From assembly GCF_009914755.1 (NCBI RefSeq), contig NC_060925.1: DNA of 64,000 nt. The stretch is one strand, 5' to 3'. Numbering within the stretch: the first letter of the stretch is position 1; every line of letters begins with the position of its first letter. The notes below the pieces were generated by a model. That model was not told the origin of the DNA. It saw only the letters and a list, made by a program, of their open reading frames with translations, and did not search any database. A program made the position numbers and the translations under genes. This document shows, piece by piece, positions 56,960 through 64,000 of the stretch. This DNA is from the human T2T-CHM13v2.0 reference genome, Homo sapiens.

Positions 56960-58400
56960 TTTATACTCAGGTGTCTTGCCCATCTCAGGCGATGGTAACC
57001 CATCAGGGTTATGGCACAGGCCATAAACCTGGGAGTCACCCTTGACTCCCTCTCTGTTCTCTCTGTTCTCACAGTCCACATTAATACAACAGGAAATTCT
57101 ATCTCTATCTCCTAAATATCTCTATCTCCTAAATATCCCCAGAATCCAACCATGTCCACTACTCCCATCCTTATCCAAGCTGCCGTCCTCTCTCATCTGG
57201 ATTAGGCGACAGCCTCTGAATTAGGCTCCTGCTTTCATTCTTGCCACACTACTGTTTTTTTCAACACTGCAGCTGTCATGATCCTATTGAAATGTCAATC
57301 AAATCATGTCATGTCTATACTTAAAACCTCCAATGGTTGGTTCTCTATCTCAGTAAAAGTACCAGATCAAGTCCTTACACTAATCTTTATTAGAAAGGTA
57401 ACAAAGAGCACACCGTAAGGGCACTGTAGGTCAGTGTCAGGACTTGACCTTGTGCTATTTTAACTCTTCCCCTCCCACTCTCTCTGTGCCAGCCCCACTG
57501 GCTTCCTTGCTAACCCTCAGACAGCCCAGAAGTACTGGTATGAGAGCCCACCAGAGTTGCCAGGCTGGGGGAAGGACTATGATGGAGCGGGGCACCTGAC
57601 CCAGCTCCCGGGTGTCCAATCTAGTGGGTGGAGCACAGTTCCTCTGGAGTAGATGGAGAGCAATGGTACAGGGCCTTTGGTGAAAGCAGAAAAATTGGGC
57701 ACAAATTGCATGTCGCAGTAAGCTGTGGACAGCCTGAGTGGAGTGGGCAATCTGAAAAGGTGACTTGAACATGATGAGCATGCCGCTGTTTAAAATCTTC
57801 TACTGGTTTTCCATCACCTACAAAACAAACTTCTGATTCTGTAACTCAGTGCACAAGGCCCATCCTTTTCTCTCATCTCCCCTGCAGCTCTGGCCACCAC
57901 GCCCTCCTATGTCCCCTCCTTTGTCTCCTTATTCTAGCCATACCAGGTTGCTAAAATTTACCCAAGCCGGCCACACTGTTCCAAACTTGAGGACCTTCGC
58001 TTTTGCCATTTCTTCTGTACAAACACTGATCCCTTCTCCTTCTTCACCCACTCCCTCAATATTCAAAACTCACCTATGGCAAGGCTGAACCTTTCTCCAC
58101 CACCCCATGCCTCCCTCCCTCACAATACACATACATGCACACACACCTGCACACACCCCATCTGATTTAAGATCGTCCTCCTCTCTGCTCCAATAGTGCT
58201 GCGTGTTCACAACTGTCATGCCACTCCATCCATTGTGCTGTAATTGCTGATTTGTTTCCTCCCAGTGGATCATGAGTTCTTTTTTGAAAGGGACTGATTC
58301 TTGTGGGTCTCTGTATCCTCAGCATCTAACACAGTACCTGGCACATGATAAGTGTTCTCTTGGCTCCATACATGTGCATCAAATGAGTGAAGATATAAAA
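56960..58400 (+). mobile_element. L2 fragments (two or more)
   Basis: 'aaacctgggagtcacccttgactcc...cttaaaacctccaatgg' and 'gtctctgtatcctcagcatctaacacagtacctggcacatgataagtg'. Confidence 0.75.
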
Positions 58401-58959
58401 GCAGGTGTTCCGTCAACATGGCAGGTTTGACAGCAAGCCACATGCACAGGCCTGGAGGTCTGAGCCAAACCTCCAGCACTTGGGAGCCTGGAGAAAGCAA
58501 AACAGGGGTTGGTCTTGCAGGAAATAGGACATGGACAGGTCATCAAATTGAACTATTAAGGACAAGGGGGAAGTCAAGGACTCAGATACAAGAACTGGAA
58601 GATAAGAGGTGGGCAAGACAGAAGATTCCAAGACAGGAATGATTTCTAAAGGCTGAAGGAGTTATTGAGCCAGGAGGAAAGTTAATGGATGGAAAGGAAA
58701 CCAAATCCCCCTGTTGAAGAGAACAGAGTGCAGGGAGCCTGGTTGTCCATAACACTGTGCATTTTCAACAGTATCCTGGTCAGCCGTCATCCCCACCACA
58801 CTGAAATGGACCTCCTGCAGGCAAGACTGACAGGGCCATCACTTGGCAGAAGCTAAAATAAGTAGGTTTATTCCCACATTTACCCTTAAAGCTTTCTCCC
58901 TCTTTTTATCACTTTCTTTTCAAAAAGAACAAGAAGAGATTCACTCACCACATTCACAT

Positions 58960-59400
58960 TTAGCAAGACACGCTCTGGAGTCACATTGCTTGAACTTAAA
59001 TCCCAGCTGTGCCACTTACTACCTACCTGACTTCTACCAGTCCTATCCTCTTGTAAGCCTCAGCTTTCTCATCTACAAAATGGACATGAAAATAATAGTA
59101 ACTACCTCACAGGGTGAATGTCCATTGCTACTGTCTTTGGGGTTGTTATTATTATTTATGGCATAGCAATCATGAACACAGACAGTAGAGCCAGACTGTC
59201 AGGTTCAAATTCTGTCTCCATTTCTCAGTGGCTCTGTGACCTTGGCAAAGTTGCTTACACCTCAGTGTCCTCATCTGTAAGATGAAGATAATAGCCTGAC
59301 TTCAGAGGGGTCTTAGGAAAAGTAGAGACTAGCCTAAGAATTCCTGGGTTGTAATAAATGCTATCTAAATATTTGTGGAATAAATACATCATTGTTATTA
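58960..59400. mobile_element. Two tandem MIRs
   Basis: 'aagcctcagctttctcatctacaaaatgg' and 'ctgtgaccttggcaaag...cctcagtgtcctcatctgtaa'. Confidence 0.8.
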
Positions 59401-60783
59401 TCAAGAAACCAATGACTTATAGAGCCCCCCTTCTGCTGTGCATTTTGAAAGGCCCAACAAGGGAGTGATTTTTGCCCCAGTGGCATAACACTAACGGTCA
59501 GGGGCAAAGGTGATATTGGGGTTTCCTGATATCTCCAAAATAGTACCCTATAAGAACCAGCCCTTTCTCTCTGCTGTACTTCTGGCTTTGCAGGACCCAA
59601 ACCAGCCCCTTGCTTGCTGAAAAGGTCCCCAGCATTCTGACAACATATAACAAAGGTGTGGGAGGGAGTGGGGCCACGCTGAAAACAGCTGACCCAGTGG
59701 ACTGGCTGCTGCCACTGGATCTATTTCCCAGTGTCTCGGAAGTTGCTGACTTCAGCCTTTCCAGAGTAAAGCACCGTCCATGGTCAGAGACAGCACCAAA
59801 GCAGCACGCAGCACAGCCGTAAATCTATGAGCCATATTATTTAAGAGACCTGACTTCTTGTGTTGCGATATTAAAGCAAATCTGCCTCCTGCTCATAAAT
59901 CAGCAGGGCTATTTCCATCCTCAGCCACTCGGCTTCAGCCATCTTGAGATGCACATGGCATATATAGTTCACTGGCTTAGGAGGTGTGGGTTGAGAAAGT
60001 AAAGGAAGAGATGTATCTGTCTCCTCCCAAAACTCTGTTTTCATGACCCTGCCTGCATGTTCCTTCCCCGTCCCATGACCTTAGATTCCCAGAGTCCTCT
60101 GGGAGCTCTAAAAAATACAACATGAACACCTGATATTGATACAGTGAGTTACCCTTTATAGCACTCTGAGTAGATAGGGTAGGCATTGTTAATCTCAGTT
60201 TAGAGTTCATGAAACCAAATATCAAAGATATTAAGTGAATTTCCCAAGATCACGCAGCTAGTAAGCAGGGGAGCTTGGATTAACCCAAGTCTCTTAATTC
60301 CTGATCCAGTGCTCTTTTCATAGCACTAAGTCTCTGTTATCATTAATTTCTTCACTTGCATAAAGCCAAGATATGCCAGGTCACTCCTGAAAAAAAAATG
60401 ACCTCAGCTCAAAAATTTTAAATGAACATTGCTTAGAGCCTGCTGTGTGGCAGGTGCTTTCCAATACATCAGCAAATTTCATCACTACATCAAACCCTTC
60501 CGTGGCTTCCCTTCACCAAGAGTGAAATCCAAGTTCTTAGCTTAATATACAAGGGTCCTTGTGATCTTGGCCCTGCCTGCACTTTGGCCTCATCTCCTTC
60601 TAATACAAATCACAGCCCTCGCTTCATCTTTTCATTCTCCAAGAAGTCTGCCCTGAGCCTCCTCTCACCCTCTGTCTGGGTTGAGGCTCCTCTTCTGTAT
60701 TCCTCTAACACCCGGCAGTTATCCTTACTTGCAGTACTTTCTGTACTACCTTACCCTGGTCTGTTTACTCATCTGTGTACTCT

Positions 60784-60946
60784 TTTTTTTTTTTTTTTTT
60801 TTTAAGACAGGGTCTTGGTCTATCAGGCTAGAGTACAGTGGCACAATCATGGCTCACTGCAGCATTGACCTCCTGGGCTCAAGCAATCCACCCACCTCAG
60901 CCTCCCAAAGTGCTAGGGTTATAGGTGTGAGCCACTGAGCCTGGCC
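60784..60946 (-). mobile_element. AluJ-type monomer (left-arm 5' end joined to right-arm 3' end) inside L2
   Basis: TSD tctgtgtactcttt (60772-60785) / tctgtctactcttt (60947-60960). Confidence 0.85.
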
Positions 60947-62340
60947 TCTGTCTACTCTTTAGACTGTGAACTCCTTAAAGGCAGAGATGTAGCACAGTTC
61001 TGGGTACAATAGTAGGTGCTCAATAAATGTTCCTGGGCTGAATTGTCACTGCCATTCTATACAGTAAGCATTGTTATCTTCATTTTATAAATGAGGAAAT
61101 GGAAGTTCAGACACAGGAAGTAAGCTGTCACCATCAGTCCTTTAGGAAGGTCCCAGCTAGGACCAGCACTCAGGGTTCCAGCTGCTGTGCTATAGCCCGT
61201 GCCCTCATGGCCTGCCTCTCCCTGTCTTATTCATCTTAGACACTTCTGCTTTTCCAGCCTAAGCTAACACACTGAATTAGCCCTGCCATTCAGCACCATC
61301 CAAGGCAAAAGGGAGAAAGAGGGCGTCCCCAGCATCCCAGCCCCCTCTAGTCAGTATGCTTCAACCACCTCTTGAGAAAGGACCCTTGTGGGCCACCCTG
61401 GAAGGAATATTGTCCTGAGCACTCCCTGCAAAGCCAGAAGTACAGCAGAGAGAAAGGGCTGACCAGAACCAATGGGTGAAAACCAGAGGGCAGGCTATTT
61501 CTACTAACTCACAAGCATTGAGTGTTTACTCTGTGCCAAGCATTTCCCAATAACTAGATCTGTCAGAAAAAGGAATGGACTCTTAGCCATGCCTGGAGGG
61601 GGTCTTCCAGAGGCAGGAATGTTGCAAGCAGAGACAGATACAGAGTTGCCTTGGATGACTACTACGGTCTCTGAATTTGAAGCCCTGAGCCCACAGCTCT
61701 TTCTGGGTCCCTCTTTCTCCCCCTCTCCCTCCCTCAGCCCCTTTCCAACTCTTCTAAGCACTATAAAAAGCAAAAGGCTTTGGAAATGTAACTAAAGTAG
61801 TTTTATGAAGGATTCCAAAACATTACTTTAAGTACGGCTCTAAGTGATTTTGTTTCCAATACTTGCTGGCAGAAAAATATTACCCCTGCATTTCAATGCA
61901 GAAGAAATAAGCAGGCTGCATTTGGCCAAATTCATTTATTTCAGTTATTTCCTAAAATGAGTGTAATTTGGAAATCACTAGTATTATTTTCTCCCAGTGC
62001 AGGTTAATGCCTTATACATAGCCCTTGGAAGGGACACTTCTTGCAGAGAGAGAGTTATTAGCTTTTTATTTAGAATGTACTGTATAGGTGATTTGTGGGG
62101 GTAACAAACCTAAATAATTTAAAGTAGTCTTTATTTGCTGAGAACTGCAGGTTTTTTTAAAGTATATTTTAAATCTTTAAACTTTCAGAGATTAAGAGAG
62201 ATTGGCCAGGGATTTATTTGGAGCAGGAATTTCTTTTTCTTGTGCTTGCGTCTTTCCCAGCATCCATTCTTTTTTGTGCCTCCATCTAGAATCATGTAAT
62301 GTCAGCGCTAGAAGAGACCAAAGACAGCCATCCTTTACAG

Positions 62341-62379
62341 CAGTAGTTTTCAGATTTCTTTTACAGCCAAATCCTTTAT

Positions 62380-62421
<42 letters not shown>

Positions 62422-62553
62422 GCCACTAGCAATAAAACAGGGAAAACCAGAGTTACAGCTGTCCTGGTTGGGGCTTCTTTGTCCCCTCACCTCTCTTCAC
62501 TCTCATGCAAATGCCTCACAGAACCCCTGAAGAACACACTTTGAAAACCAAAG
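62341..62553. mobile_element. MER117-like hAT MITE containing an (A)38 run (62382-62419)
   Basis: TIR-like cagtagttttca ... ttgaaaacca; internal 'ataaaacag...gctgtcctggttg'. Confidence 0.6.
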
Positions 62554-63844
62554 ACCACTCTCTTTACCATAACAGAACTGAGGCCAGAGGATGAGGCATC
62601 ACTTACCCAAGGTCACTCAGCAAGTGTAAAGCAGAGACAGCCAGTACTAGAATCTCCTGACTCTGAACCTGTGTGCATCCCACTAGCTCCAGCTGCTTCT
62701 TGCGCTTGGCTTTCCCATTTTAATATAGATCTAACAACCATCTTTCAAATTCCCGTCTCTGGGATCTTGCAAAGAGGAAGCCCTGCCCAAAAGCACAGCA
62801 CAGACTCACACTCATTCATATTAGCGGCAATAAGGATGCTTGACTGAGACCACAAGCTTTGGGCAGGGACTCTTTACGATGTGCCTGTCACTCAGAAGCC
62901 ATCCTCCAGCAGGGCTTGGTGAGCTTGTCATTTCTAAGCAAGGCACGTTTTTCTGCGGTCCCCTTTCCAAAGAGCAAGTGGTGACAGCCGCCTGGAATGC
63001 AGAGTCAGCAAAAGGGAAGCCACTTTGCCTGCAAATGCCCTGCAGAGACCCTGCCCCCTTTGTCCCTCGTCATCATGCTTGCAAGCCCAGGCCTTTTTTC
63101 CTGGGAACCAGGACACCCTGTGCTAGTTAATGTCCACCACAGGTCTTTTCTCATGTTCCATAATCCACACTGATTCCATATGTAACCAAGGGCAATTTTT
63201 GCTTGTTTATGTGCTTTCTATTTCTAAGGAGGGGAGCGTCTTGTTACATGAAAGGCCTGTTGTCCTGCTAAAGACCTTGATGGGTTTAGGTCTGAGTTTA
63301 GAAAGTAAAAGCTTAAGAGCTCATTTCCCCTGCATAAGGAAATGACACAAACTTATGGGGTTTTTTGTTTTGTTTTTATTTGCTAGAGGTGACAGAGTGG
63401 ACAGGAGAGGGGACAGGAAAGAGGACAGGAAAGAGATAGGGGGTAAGTTCTGCCACATGGCAGGAGACTGGAGTCCAATTTGTCAAACTGGCTAAAGAGA
63501 TTTCAGAAACAAAAATCCCTAATGTGAAATTTTCAAGTTTTCTGTGTTACTGCAATCAAAATTCCTCCCATTCTATGTGCCTGAAAGCCTAGTTACAAGT
63601 GGTTTTCCTGATAAAATTAGGAGAAAGGGTTGGGTTCACACCTGAGTTGATGTGGTAAGGTACCAGACACATCAAGGCATGAGAAAATCCATAAAGGCAG
63701 GGTGATTAAACTAAGAGTAGAGCTCAAAGCCAGAGGTGACCCAGAGAACAGAAGACACAGGGTAAGATTCCACCATCTTGGGGAGGTTTTAGTACTTGTA
63801 CAGTCGTTGAAATGGGGGTTTGAATTTTGTCTTGTTTCCATTAA

Positions 63845-64000
<156 letters not shown>

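Overview
Primate (almost certainly human) non-coding genomic DNA. I see no protein-coding exon, CpG island, rRNA/tRNA gene or prokaryotic system. The ORF track consists of Alu/LTR/MIR read-throughs and chance ORFs. The window is dominated by ancient MIR and L2 fragments. It also holds about 20 Alu copies or monomers (J, S, Y, FLAM), a full-length THE1C MaLR element with 5-bp TSDs carrying an Alu-in-Alu insertion, solo MLT1 LTRs, hAT DNA-transposon fossils (Charlie4a, MER20B, MER45A, MER63, MER117, MER119, MER5) and old L1M 3' ends. Several repeat-free islands look like cis-regulatory modules. The strongest is ~47.1-47.7 kb, with four TAATCC (K50 homeodomain) sites, one abutting a perfect NBRE that is also half of an AGGTCA direct repeat. 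Other oddities are a tandem-hairpin AT-rich repeat, a mosaic AluS/AluY next to an inverted AluY, a left/right-arm hybrid Alu monomer and orphan AATAAA+poly(A) tails. I could not identify the locus. Repeat subfamily names come from remembered consensus diagnostics, and MIR/L2 boundaries are approximate. I found no convincing novel biological system.
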